64,000 nucleotides of DNA from an uncultured Thermoplasmata archaeon (GTDB taxonomy: Archaea > Thermoplasmatota > Thermoplasmata > RBG-16-68-12), in assembly GCA_963768855.1 (NCBI GenBank), contig CAVYJM010000006.1, positions 736,001-800,000 of the forward strand. Reading direction: 5' to 3'. Both the position numbers and the translations under genes were made by a program. The notes beneath the pieces are model-generated. The model had not been told where the DNA came from. It worked only from the letters and a program-made list of their open reading frames with translations, and made no database searches. Positions 17,326-26,164 of the stretch are shown piece after piece. The stretch's first letter is position 1. Every line of letters begins with the position of its first letter.

Positions 17326-18417
17326 GTGAAGAAGGACGGTACGGTCGTGCTCGTGGGTACGAAGAAGGGCGGTTTCGTCTTCCACTCTCCGGATCGACGG
17401 CGCTGGTCCGTCCTCGGGCCGTACCTCCCGGGGATGCCTGTGTACCACATGATCCTGGATCCGCGGGACGGGCGCACCGTCTATGCCGCGTCCCTGAATC
17501 CCGGGGAGGTATGGGGGCCCGGCCTCTATCGAGGGCTGCTTGGAAGCGTGCCCGCCCTTACGAAGTCCGCGCCGAAGTTCCGGGAGGGGAGCGGCCTCGC
17601 GGTCAAGGCTCTGTGGCACATCGAGCCCGGCCCCGAGGATGCTCCCGGCTCCCTCCTAGCCGGCGTGGAGCCCGCAGCCCTCTTCCGGTCCGATGATCGC
17701 GGAGACAGCTGGTCGGGGTACGACGCCCTGAACCGCTACCCCGGGCGCGAGAACTGGTCGCCGGGGTTCGGCGGGCTCTGCGCCCACTCCGTCCTCCTGG
17801 ACCCGCGGGATTCGCGACATCTGGTCGTCGGGATCAGCGCGGTCGGAACGTTCGAGTCCAAGGATGGTGGCGCCTCGTGGAAACCGGAGAACGGCAACGT
17901 GCGCGCCGGATTCCTCCCCAACCCGTATCCGGAGACCGGGCAGTGCGTCCACCACCTCGTCTGGGACTCCGCGCGAGATGGCTCGATCTTCCACCAGAAC
18001 CACTGCGGCACCTATCACCGCGGGCCCGAAGGCGGCCCGTGGACCGAGGTCACGAAAGGTCTCCCCTCTGACTTTGGTTTCGCGATCGCGGCCCACCCCC
18101 ACGAGAAGCACACCGCGTACGTGGCGCCGCTGATCGGCGGCGAGAACCGGGTCCCGCCGAAGTCTCAACTCGCCGTCTGGAAGACCTCGAACCGGGGCCG
18201 CAGCTGGAAGCGGCTGAACAAGGGCCTCCCCGGCCCCGGGGCCTACATGGGCGTCTTGCGGGAAGCGATGTCGGCAGACGGCGGGGATCCGGCGGGCCTC
18301 TACCTGGGCACGAACACGGGGCAGTTGTACGCGAGCCGGGACGAAGGGGCCTCCTGGAAGCCGATCGCCACGACGTTACCCCCGATCCTCTCCGTCTCCG
18401 CCGGGCTGGCCCGCTAG
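17326..18417 (+). CDS. Cytoplasmic BNR/Asp-box beta-propeller protein
   Basis: VLVGTKKGGF, SDDRGDSW, SKDGGASW, HQNHCG, DFGFAIAAHP, TSNRGRSW and SRDEGASW; no signal peptide; GTG start 1 nt after the MoaD stop. Confidence 0.8.
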   Translation: MKKDGTVVLVGTKKGGFVFHSPDRRRWSVLGPYLPGMPVYHMILDPRDGRTVYAASLNPGEVWGPGLYRGLLGSVPALTKSAPKFREGSGLAVKALWHIEPGPEDAPGSLLAGVEPAALFRSDDRGDSWSGYDALNRYPGRENWSPGFGGLCAHSVLLDPRDSRHLVVGISAVGTFESKDGGASWKPENGNVRAGFLPNPYPETGQCVHHLVWDSARDGSIFHQNHCGTYHRGPEGGPWTEVTKGLPSDFGFAIAAHPHEKHTAYVAPLIGGENRVPPKSQLAVWKTSNRGRSWKRLNKGLPGPGAYMGVLREAMSADGGDPAGLYLGTNTGQLYASRDEGASWKPIATTLPPILSVSAGLAR

Positions 18418-18489
18418 GTAGTGGTTGCCAGAAAGGGGAAGGGGCGGCGCCGCTCGGGCGCCGCGGGTTGTGCCTTGTCTTCGCCTCGC

Positions 18490-18789
18490 TCAGAGCAGGA
18501 TGATGACGACCACGACTGCGCCGATCAGCGCGGCGATCCTCAGGCCGGTCCCGTTCGACTCGCCCATGCCGGCGAACGCGCCCAGGAACAGGGCTACCGC
18601 CACGAAGAACGCGCCGAATCCGCCGAGCGCGGCGGCCACGAACGAGACGGCCGCCGTCGCCGTGAAGTAGGCGGCGAAGGAGCGCAGGATGACGCCGGCC
18701 AGCAGGGAAAAGAGGCCGAAGACCAGGAAGGTCAGGTTCTGCGGCGGCGACTTGCCGATTTCCCAGAGCTTCTCACCCATCGTTGGCAT
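18490..18789 (-). CDS. Small hypothetical membrane protein (3 TM)
   Basis: 99 aa with three hydrophobic segments. Confidence 0.7.
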   Translation of the reverse strand: MPTMGEKLWEIGKSPPQNLTFLVFGLFSLLAGVILRSFAAYFTATAAVSFVAAALGGFGAFFVAVALFLGAFAGMGESNGTGLRIAALIGAVVVVIILL

Positions 18790-18798
18790 GGAGCCACC

Positions 18799-19161
18799 TC
18801 ACAGGAAGAAGGTGGCCGGGCTCGCCAGGATCAGGAGAACAGCGACGAAGGCCAGGATCATCAGGAACAGGCGCACGAACACATCGAGATCTTCCAGTAC
18901 GGCGACTGCAAACAGGAGGCCGCTGACCAGGAAGAACAGGCCGATGTCCATCAGCGTGGGTCCCCAAACGGCGACGAGGTTCGCGTTGTTTGCCGCTTGC
19001 TCCGGGGTCGGGGCCACGATTAGCGTGTGGCCGGCGTTGATTACGGCGCCCCCGATCATGAGGAGCAACAGGCCCAGAAACACGAGGCCGACGACGATCA
19101 ACCGATTCCGAGACACCATGGGCTGTATCATCATTGGGGGTGGAGGTCCCTGCATCATCAT
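18799..19161 (-). CDS. Small hypothetical membrane protein (3 TM, Pro/Met-rich N-terminus)
   Basis: MMMQGPPPPMMIQPMVSRNRLIVVGLVFLG...; only the 3' part of ORF 18799..19500 looks coding. Confidence 0.7.
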   Translation of the reverse strand: MMMQGPPPPMMIQPMVSRNRLIVVGLVFLGLLLLMIGGAVINAGHTLIVAPTPEQAANNANLVAVWGPTLMDIGLFFLVSGLLFAVAVLEDLDVFVRLFLMILAFVAVLLILASPATFFL

Positions 19162-19193
19162 CCCATCCTTGGGCGCCTTAATCATGTCTGCAT

Positions 19194-19240
19194 TAATATA
19201 AATTACGATGGATGGCGGATTCTCGCTAATATAAATTGCG
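19194..19240. promoter_or_regulatory. Tandem AT-rich direct repeat TAATATAAATT(A/G)CG, spacing 33 bp
   Basis: Copies at 19194..19207 and 19227..19240 upstream of the two-gene membrane operon. Confidence 0.6.
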
Positions 19241-19393
19241 GGAGCCAGCGGGAAGCAGACCCATGGTTCCCCCGGGAGTCGAGGCCTCCCCGCCCGGCGC
19301 TCGCTCGCCGCGGGCGCTGGACGTCGTCGGGCGGAGACTCCGCCCGCGGCGCACCCGGAACCCGGGTTGGACGAGCTATGCGCGGGCGAGCAC

Positions 19394-19522
19394 CTACCGG
19401 GTGCACGCCTTGCGATTCGGAGTCGCGTATTCGTTGTGCTCCAGGCGCATCGGGATTCAGTCCTCCGGGAGCTCGAGCAGCTCGTCCTCGTCGCATTCAA
19501 TCTTGTGGAGCTTCGCTTTCAT
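19394..19522 (-). pseudogene. Mini-ORF with an internal TGA: MKAKLHKIECDEDELLELPED*IPMRLEHNEYATPNRKACTR*
   Basis: Gene-like codon usage continues past the TGA at 19459..19457; a degenerate promoter GAAAGCGTTGT lies upstream. Confidence 0.4.
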
Positions 19523-19594
19523 GGGGATCCGGTCGTCTGCGTTTCCGAGTGACCGCACAACGCTTTCGTCCCGATGCTCGCGACTGATTCCTCT

Positions 19595-20584
19595 CTAGAC
19601 GACGACCGGGCCATTTCCGAGGATGCGCAGGCTGCCCGGGCCGCGGAGGACCGTGAGGAAGGCGGTCTCTCCCGGTACGACGGGCATCGGGCGATCCGCG
19701 ACGGCCTTCAGGGCTCCGTCGATCTCGCGGAGGACGACCGGCCGGGGATACAGTCCGACCTGGAGATGGAAGCCTCTCGCGCCCGCCTCGAGAGGGTCCT
19801 TCGCGAACTCGACCCGATGGAAGGGCTTGACGGTCGCCTCGGCCTGGGAGACGACGGCGCCGTCCGCGGTCAGGAGGAAACCCCGCTCGATCTCGTCTGC
19901 CTCGACGCCCTTCAGCGCGACGCCGACCCGGCTCCCCGTCGGCGCCTCCGTCTGGTCCTCGTCGAACCGCTGGATCGAACGGACCAAGACGCTCTTGTCC
20001 AGAGGAACGAGCCGTAGCTCGTCGTGCACGCGCAGCGTGCCTCGTCGCACGAAGCCGAGCGCCACGGTCCCGACCCCGCGGACCGCGAACGCGTGGTCCA
20101 GGACGACCGTGCACAGCGAGGACGGCTCGCGCGGAACGGTCATCCCGGGGATGAACTCTCGGAAGCGCCTCAGGGAATCCTCTCCGGACCACTCCATCGC
20201 GACCCAGCCGCGGAGGCGGTCCTTCACCATCGCCCGAGCACGGTCCGCGGTCTCCGGGTTGCGCAGGATCAGGAGTCCTCGCTTCCCTGCGGCGGCGAGA
20301 CCGATTGCGGTTTCCCCGAACGCCGCGTCCAAGGAGTCGACCGGGAGGACCGCCGCGTCACAGAGCGACGCCACCTGGAGCATCGGTACCACGCGCTCAG
20401 GATAGGTCGCGGGCGCGATCGCGGTGATCGCGAGATCGCCCTCCTTCTTGTTCCAGAACAGCAGGTCGCTCTCCGTGCCCTTCTTCCCGATCGTGGAGCC
20501 CAGCTGCTTCAGGAAGTCGAGGTCCGTGCCGAAGAGTCCCAGGGTGAGCGAGTTCGCGGGGGGCGCCACGATGCACGCATCCAA
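19595..20584 (-). CDS. SelB-II-like / EF-Tu domain II protein with a degenerate G domain
   Basis: LDHAFAVRGVGTVALGFVRRG, VRSIQRFDED and GSRVGVALKGV match EF-Tu domain II. The N-terminal GKKGTESDL region has no P-loop. Confidence 0.75.
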   Translation of the reverse strand: MDACIVAPPANSLTLGLFGTDLDFLKQLGSTIGKKGTESDLLFWNKKEGDLAITAIAPATYPERVVPMLQVASLCDAAVLPVDSLDAAFGETAIGLAAAGKRGLLILRNPETADRARAMVKDRLRGWVAMEWSGEDSLRRFREFIPGMTVPREPSSLCTVVLDHAFAVRGVGTVALGFVRRGTLRVHDELRLVPLDKSVLVRSIQRFDEDQTEAPTGSRVGVALKGVEADEIERGFLLTADGAVVSQAEATVKPFHRVEFAKDPLEAGARGFHLQVGLYPRPVVLREIDGALKAVADRPMPVVPGETAFLTVLRGPGSLRILGNGPVVV

Positions 20585-20746
20585 TGACAGGATTTGGGAC
20601 TTTCGCTTTGGCGCGGCGCCCCCTCCATGGGCCTAAGGAGGGCTTCAAAATGACCATAACATAGCTATCTCGACGTCGTCGTCGGACGCTTCTAAGGGAG
20701 GGAAACGCTTTTGACACCCTAGTGCATGGAGGGGATGAGGTCAAAC

Positions 20747-20935
20747 ATGCCGTACACGTACCAGGGATGGACGCTGTACTCGCGAGAGGTGAAGCTGAAG
20801 AAGGGACCGAAAGTCACGATCTACTTCTTCAGCAAGAGGAAGCCGAAATCGGGCAAGCCCATGGACGAGATGCCCAAGAACCGGAAGGTCGGCGTGAACA
20901 AGCGCACGGGCCTGCCGTTCCTCCGGAAGGCCTGA
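20747..20935 (+). CDS. Small basic conserved-looking protein (62 aa)
   Basis: MPYTYQGWTLYSREVKLKKGPKVTIYFFSKRKPKSG...GVNKRTGLPFLRKA; has its own promoter, SD-like site and terminator. Confidence 0.8.
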   Translation: MPYTYQGWTLYSREVKLKKGPKVTIYFFSKRKPKSGKPMDEMPKNRKVGVNKRTGLPFLRKA

Positions 20936-20958
20936 CCACCAATCTCTCGACGAGATCA

Positions 20959-21000
20959 GCCGAGGCGCACGGGGAGGCCCTCGGCACCTTTACTTTCTTC
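20959..21000 (+). terminator. Hairpin plus pyrimidine tract after the small basic protein gene
   Basis: GCCGAGG...CCTCGGC stem followed by ACCTTTACTTTCTTC. Confidence 0.55.
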
Positions 21001-21154
21001 CGGGACTCGGCGGGTCATCGTGCAGCCTGCTTGTCCGCATTTGCCGTGTGCGGCCTCCCGGTGCCCACTCGTCAATCGCCCTCCAGGCCACGCCGTTCGG
21101 ATTTGATAACGGGAGGCACGACCTTTTTAATGCTCAACCCGCGTCCGCGGTCTC

Positions 21155-21616
21155 GTGGCCATTCCCCCACCCATGGGAGGCCCCACGTCACCGGCTCGAG
21201 CGAAGCTGGTGGCCGAGGAGCTCCTGCTGTACGACCGGGACGGGCAATCCCTCCTGGATGACCACGCCCTCCGCATCCTGATCGCGCTGCACCAGGAGAC
21301 GCTCACCGCCCAGGAAATCTCCCAGCGCTACAAGATCCCGATCGCGCCGTGCTACCGGCGCATCCGGCGGCTCGTCTCCCTCGGGCTCATCTCCGAAGCG
21401 GGATACGTCACGGAGGGCCGCCGCCGGCCCGCCCACCTCTACAAGTCCGAAGTCGACCGGTTCACGATCGCGTACGGCAGCGGGGAGATGACCCTCCACC
21501 TGATTCTGCGGAGCGGGACGGCCGCAACGGCCGTCGTCCATCTTCGGGACGACACGGTGTCTATGCGAACAGAGGCTCCAGTCCCGGGCGGTATCGGGGA
21601 AGGTCCGACCGCATGA
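21155..21616 (+). CDS. Winged-HTH (ArsR-like) transcription regulator
   Basis: LLDDHALRILIAL...TAQEISQRYKIPIAPCYRRIRRLVSLGLI; CTTTTTAA box upstream. Confidence 0.75.
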   Translation: MAIPPPMGGPTSPARAKLVAEELLLYDRDGQSLLDDHALRILIALHQETLTAQEISQRYKIPIAPCYRRIRRLVSLGLISEAGYVTEGRRRPAHLYKSEVDRFTIAYGSGEMTLHLILRSGTAATAVVHLRDDTVSMRTEAPVPGGIGEGPTA

Positions 21617-22619
21617 CATCGGGGTTCGCCCTCCTCGCGACGGCCACATAGTACGCGACGAACTGCAGCGGGACCACGGACACGATCGGCCGGAGCGGCT
21701 GGGGCATCGTCGGGGTGCGGACGTCCGCGTCGGCGGCTTCCCCCACCGTCGCGATCGTGGCCCCCGTGCGTGCGAAACCTCGGAGGAGCACGGCCTCGCG
21801 CTCATCGTCGTCGTTCGACCGGAGGGCCACAACGGCCTCGCGGCGATCGAGGGAAAGGAACGGGCCATGCAGGAATTGCTCGACGTGGTAGCCGTTCGCG
21901 GGCATGCTGCAGGTCTCGCGGATCTTCAGGGCGGCCTCCAGTGCGGTGATCTCGTCCAGCCCGCTCCCGAGGAAGGTCACCCGGCCGAGGGTTGCAAGAC
22001 TCTTCGAAAGGCGGCGGATGGCGGCCTCGCATTCGAGCGTCTCTTGCAGGACTTGAGGGATGCGGTCCACCCCGCCCGGGAAGAGGTCCTCGGGCTCCGG
22101 GGCCGCAGCCTCGGCGAGCTTCGCGAACGCCGCCAGCTGGGTCGTGTAGCTCATCGTGTTCGCCCACGAGTGGTCGTGCACGGAACCCGTGATCAGCATC
22201 GTCTCCGCCACTTCCGCCATGCGGCTGGCCGGGAGGCCGCACAGGCCCCGCGTCGCCACGCCGGAGCGGCGTGCGAGGCCGAGGGCCTCGTTCGTCGTCG
22301 AGGTCGTCCCGCTGTGGCTCACGCCCAGGACGACGCAGTCCGACGGCAGGACGAAGCCGTGGAGGAGGTCGTATGCATGCACCGCGCGGACGATCGTCGC
22401 GTCCCCGAGCGCTTCCTGGAGCAAGCGGGATCCGATTATCGCGGCGTGGAATGAGGTCCCGCAGCCCGTGACGATCAGGTTCCGCGAGGTCCCAAGGAAC
22501 GCACGGGCGTCGACCTCGCGGAGCCGCTCGAGCGTCTCGCGCACGAACGCGGGCTGGCCCCGGATCATGTCGTGCATGTGGAACGGGTGGCGCGAGCGCG
22601 GGTTCTCGAAATGGACCAT
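21561..22619 (-). CDS. Double SIS-domain sugar-phosphate isomerase/deglycase (GlmS C-terminal/FrlB/AgaS-like)
   Basis: GCGTSFHA, GVSHSGTT, NTMSYT, EAALKIRE and EQFLHGP motifs; no glutaminase domain. Confidence 0.85.
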   Translation of the reverse strand: MVHFENPRSRHPFHMHDMIRGQPAFVRETLERLREVDARAFLGTSRNLIVTGCGTSFHAAIIGSRLLQEALGDATIVRAVHAYDLLHGFVLPSDCVVLGVSHSGTTSTTNEALGLARRSGVATRGLCGLPASRMAEVAETMLITGSVHDHSWANTMSYTTQLAAFAKLAEAAAPEPEDLFPGGVDRIPQVLQETLECEAAIRRLSKSLATLGRVTFLGSGLDEITALEAALKIRETCSMPANGYHVEQFLHGPFLSLDRREAVVALRSNDDDEREAVLLRGFARTGATIATVGEAADADVRTPTMPQPLRPIVSVVPLQFVAYYVAVARRANPDVMRSDLPRYRPGLEPLFA

Positions 22620-22663
22620 GCGCGCCCGATGCCGCGACGGGGCTTAAACGTCGCCGCGCCCGC

Positions 22664-23701
22664 TCAGACGTAGAGGAAGTGGTTCGGCACCCCGAACGTC
22701 TGGAGGAGGACGACCGCCAGGAGGGAAATCATGAAAAGCCCGCCGTAGTCGCGGTTCAAGATGAACGCGAACCCCACGAACCAGAGGGGCCACGAGTCCT
22801 TGGGGTAACCTTCCGGCGGCCCCGCCGGCTTCGACGCACGGAACACCTTGACCGCGAGGCGCGCGCGGGGAAGGCTCAGGAACACGAGGAGGACGAGCCA
22901 GGGGAGCCAGCCGACGAGGACGAACGGAACCACCAGGACGTACATGAGCGCGAAGATCGCGATCGAGGCGGTCCGCGCCCTCCGCTCCCCGAGGAGGACG
23001 GGCAGCGTGTGGATCCCCTTCTTCGTGTCGTCCTCGATCTTGTCGATGTGCTTCCCGAAGAGGACGCCCGTGGTCCCCAGCGCGTAGGGGATGGAGGCCA
23101 GGATGACCCAGAGCGGGAGCGTGCCCGTGATGCAGAAGTACGAGCCCCCGACCATCAGCGGACCCCAGGTCAGGAACACGGCCGGCTCGCCGAGTCCGAG
23201 ATACTTCAGCGGAAACGGCTTCCCCGCGTAGCTCATCATGACGAAGCCGCCCAGGAGAGCGAAGACGATGACGAGGGGTCCCTGGACCCAGGCGAGGTAC
23301 AGGCCGATCGCGACGGGGACGACCGTCGTGCCGATCGCCCAGGTCAGGAGCTGCCTCTCCGTGAAGAGGCCGGCCACGAGCGGATGAGGCCCGTACTGCG
23401 CGCGGAAGTAGTTGTCCGTGTCCACTCCCTGCTTGAAGTCCCAGTAGTCGTTGAAGAGGTTGCTCGCGCCGTGCGCGACGACGAGCCCGACGGCCACGAG
23501 GATGTAGAGCCCCGCGTTGAACCGGCCTTCCAGGGCCGCGAACAGCCCGCCGAGCGAGGCGGAGAGGAACGTCATCACGAGGACCGCGCCACGCGTCGCG
23601 ATGAGCCAGCGCGCGAAGGGATCGAGCCGGTTGAACTCGTCCTTCTCGATGCGCGGGATCACCCGAAGCGCCGCGACCCACATCCTCGGATTCACCGTCA
23701 T
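22664..23701 (-). CDS. menA: UbiA-family prenyltransferase, MenA-like (copy 1)
   Basis: SNLFNDYWDFKQGVD, KYLGLGEPAVF and KHIDKIEDDTKKGIHTLPV motifs; multi-TM. Confidence 0.82.
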   Translation of the reverse strand: MTVNPRMWVAALRVIPRIEKDEFNRLDPFARWLIATRGAVLVMTFLSASLGGLFAALEGRFNAGLYILVAVGLVVAHGASNLFNDYWDFKQGVDTDNYFRAQYGPHPLVAGLFTERQLLTWAIGTTVVPVAIGLYLAWVQGPLVIVFALLGGFVMMSYAGKPFPLKYLGLGEPAVFLTWGPLMVGGSYFCITGTLPLWVILASIPYALGTTGVLFGKHIDKIEDDTKKGIHTLPVLLGERRARTASIAIFALMYVLVVPFVLVGWLPWLVLLVFLSLPRARLAVKVFRASKPAGPPEGYPKDSWPLWFVGFAFILNRDYGGLFMISLLAVVLLQTFGVPNHFLYV

Positions 23702-23838
23702 GTCGGTCCCCCGTGTTCGCCATGGCGCCGTTCCACATGAGACTGTAAGGCCACCCTCGGGTATAGCCATCCGCGGTCCCATGTGCCGCGTTTCCGAGAG
23801 GGGAAGGCTTTTCCGCCCTGCTCCCTTCGTATCCTCCG

Positions 23839-24729
23839 ATGCGTCTCCTCGCGTGGGTGCGTGCGTCCCAGGCCGTCCTCTTCGAGGCGGCGATCGTGCC
23901 CGCCTGCGTCGGGACGGTCGCCGCCGTGGCTGCGGGCGCTCCCTTCAACGCGCTGTACTTCGCCCTCATCCTCGTCTCCCTCGTGGCCATCCAGGCGGGC
24001 GCGAACCTGCTCAAGGGCTACTACGAGGCTCAGGATCGCACCGTGTCCCCGTCCTCCCCGGGCTCCTGGATTGCGTTCGACAGCGGTGCGGCGGTCGGGC
24101 TCACGCGGGATCCCCGGACCGTCCTCCGGGTCGCGTGGACGTGCATGGCGCTCGGCGTCCTCGCGGGGCTCGCGCTCGTTGCGCTGACCGGAAGCGTGTG
24201 GCTCCTCCTGTTCGGATTGGCGGGGTTCCTCCTGGCCTGGAGCTACAGCTCGCCGCCCCTCAAGCTCAGCTACCGCGGAATCGGGGAGATCTCGACGTTC
24301 CTGGCCTTCGGTCCCATCATGACCGTGGGGGCGACGTTGGCGTTTGGCAGCCGCGGACTCGTCGGGAGCCTGCTCGCCTCCGTAATCCTTGGGTTCCTCG
24401 CCGCGGCGATCTCCTTCAGTCGCTACTTCCCGAACGAGGTCGAGGACCGCGCGAAGGGGAAGCGGACGCCCGTGACGCTCCTGGGGAGGCAGCAGTCCGT
24501 TTCGGTCCTCGTCGCGCTGTGGTGGTCCCCCGTCTGCCTCGCCCTCCTGTGGTACTCCCAGGATCCGCAGCTGCTCCCTGCGCTCCTCCCGCTTCCCTGG
24601 CTCCTGGCAGCCTCGGCCGTCCTGCCGGGAGCGCAGGCTCGCACGCGCGCCCGCTCCCTCGCGATCGGACTCACCGTGCTGGCCCATCTGTTCGCCGGCA
24701 TCGGGCTCCTCGTGGCGTTCCTCACGTAG
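23839..24729 (+). CDS. UbiA-family MenA-like protein with a degenerate first Asp-rich motif (copy 2)
   Basis: ANLLKGYYEAQD replaces NxxNDYxD; YSSPPLKLSYRGIGEISTF and EDRAKGKRT are retained. Confidence 0.75.
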   Translation: MRLLAWVRASQAVLFEAAIVPACVGTVAAVAAGAPFNALYFALILVSLVAIQAGANLLKGYYEAQDRTVSPSSPGSWIAFDSGAAVGLTRDPRTVLRVAWTCMALGVLAGLALVALTGSVWLLLFGLAGFLLAWSYSSPPLKLSYRGIGEISTFLAFGPIMTVGATLAFGSRGLVGSLLASVILGFLAAAISFSRYFPNEVEDRAKGKRTPVTLLGRQQSVSVLVALWWSPVCLALLWYSQDPQLLPALLPLPWLLAASAVLPGAQARTRARSLAIGLTVLAHLFAGIGLLVAFLT

Positions 24730-24801
24730 TCGGACCCGCGGCCTCGAGCATCCTCCGGGGAGAGGGGCGCCCGCCCAGTCTCCTTGGACGACGGGGAGGC
24801 G

Positions 24802-25722
24802 TCACAGGAACGTCAGGAGGAGGTACGCCAGGGTGAGGCCGACCCCGAGGAGGAGCACCGCTTGGATGGTGCCCGCGTTCGCGGGCATGTGCCTCGGATA
24901 CTCGCGATAGTACGTCCGGAGGATCCGGATCGACTTCAGCAGGGGAGGCACCGCAACGAGGCCGAGGAGCGCGAGCCACGGGATCCCGCCCACGGCGACG
25001 AACCCCAGGAGGAGGACGACAGCGGCCGCGACCAACGCGAGGTAGATCCGATAGGAACGCTCGAGGCCGAGCCTTGCCGGGATTGTGCGCTTCCCGCCTC
25101 GCGGATCCGTCTCATGCTCCGGCATCTCGTTCACGAACAGGAACGCCGCGACGAGAATTCCGAGGGGGATCGACGCGAGGAACGCTTCGGTGGATAGACG
25201 GCCCGTCTGGACCGCGTAGGCCCCGAGGGTCACGATGGGCCCGAAAACCACGCCGACGGCCACGTCGCCCAGGCCGTGGTACTGGAGGGAGAACGGCGGG
25301 AGGGTGTAGAAGACACCGAGGGCGCCACCCACGATCCCGAGTGCCAGGAGGAGCCCTCCGTTCGGTCTCGTCGCGGCCAGCGCCACGCCGAGGAGACCGC
25401 CGACGGCGTAGAGGGCGATCCACGCGCGGCGGTGCGCCGAGACGGTCAGCTCGCCTTCCGGCAAGACCCGCGCGCCGCCCGTGAAGGGGCTCACCAGATG
25501 CGGCGGAAGGTCGTCCACGCCATGGAGGAAGTCCACCGTGTCGTTGCTCATGTTCGTGGCCGCCTGGAGGGCGACGACGCCGAGGAGGGTCGCGACGAAT
25601 GCGGGTCCGTCGAAGGCTCCCGCCCGGGCGTAGGCGATCGCGGTCCCCAGGAAGACGCCGACCGCCGAGGCGACGAAGGAGTGGGGCTGGGTCGCCTTGA
25701 ACCAGGTCCGCAGCGAGGCCAT
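24802..25722 (-). CDS. menA: UbiA-family prenyltransferase, MenA-like (copy 3)
   Basis: TNMSNDTVDFLHGVD, FTGGARVL, YTLPPFSLQYHGLGD and NEMPEHETDPRGGKRT. Confidence 0.82.
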   Translation of the reverse strand: MASLRTWFKATQPHSFVASAVGVFLGTAIAYARAGAFDGPAFVATLLGVVALQAATNMSNDTVDFLHGVDDLPPHLVSPFTGGARVLPEGELTVSAHRRAWIALYAVGGLLGVALAATRPNGGLLLALGIVGGALGVFYTLPPFSLQYHGLGDVAVGVVFGPIVTLGAYAVQTGRLSTEAFLASIPLGILVAAFLFVNEMPEHETDPRGGKRTIPARLGLERSYRIYLALVAAAVVLLLGFVAVGGIPWLALLGLVAVPPLLKSIRILRTYYREYPRHMPANAGTIQAVLLLGVGLTLAYLLLTFL

Positions 25723-25726
25723 CCGA

Positions 25727-26101
25727 CTAATCCCACTCCGTCTGGTCCTTCCGGAGCACGCGGACCTCGAGGAGCGTAAGCGGGTCCGGTCCGGGGTTGA
25801 CGACCGTGTGGGTCTCTCCGTGGATCATCCGGACCACGTCGCCCGGCCCCACCTCGACGGGCGCCGCGTCGTCGAGGACGATCTGCCCCCGTCCCTCGAG
25901 GAAGTAGAAGATCTGGGCGTACCGGTGGCGGTGTGGCGGCGAGTGCACCCCCGGCTCCATCCTCGCGATGCCCATGAGCATGAAGTTGCTGTCGTTCGAC
26001 CCCATGATCTTCTTGTCCACGATCCCTGGGCCGATCCCCTTCTCCCACGCCTCCGCCGGGAGACGGCGGACCGCCGAACGCTTGTCGATCATCGCTTCCA
26101 A
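25727..26101 (-). CDS. Cupin-domain protein
   Basis: PPHRHRYAQIFYFLEGRG and GDVVRMIHGETHTVVN cupin motifs. Start TTG 26101 (after GGAGGT) or ATG 26092. Confidence 0.85.
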   Translation of the reverse strand: MEAMIDKRSAVRRLPAEAWEKGIGPGIVDKKIMGSNDSNFMLMGIARMEPGVHSPPHRHRYAQIFYFLEGRGQIVLDDAAPVEVGPGDVVRMIHGETHTVVNPGPDPLTLLEVRVLRKDQTEWD

Positions 26102-26164
26102 AGTCCGACCTCCGTACGTCCGAGGCCGAGGGTCTATTAGTAGGCGGATGATTACGTGTAATCT

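Noticed and set aside
19595-20584. True SelB as evidence of selenocysteine use
   Set aside because: No GTPase P-loop or SelB C-terminal domains; no selD, tRNA-Sec or clear SECIS in the window.
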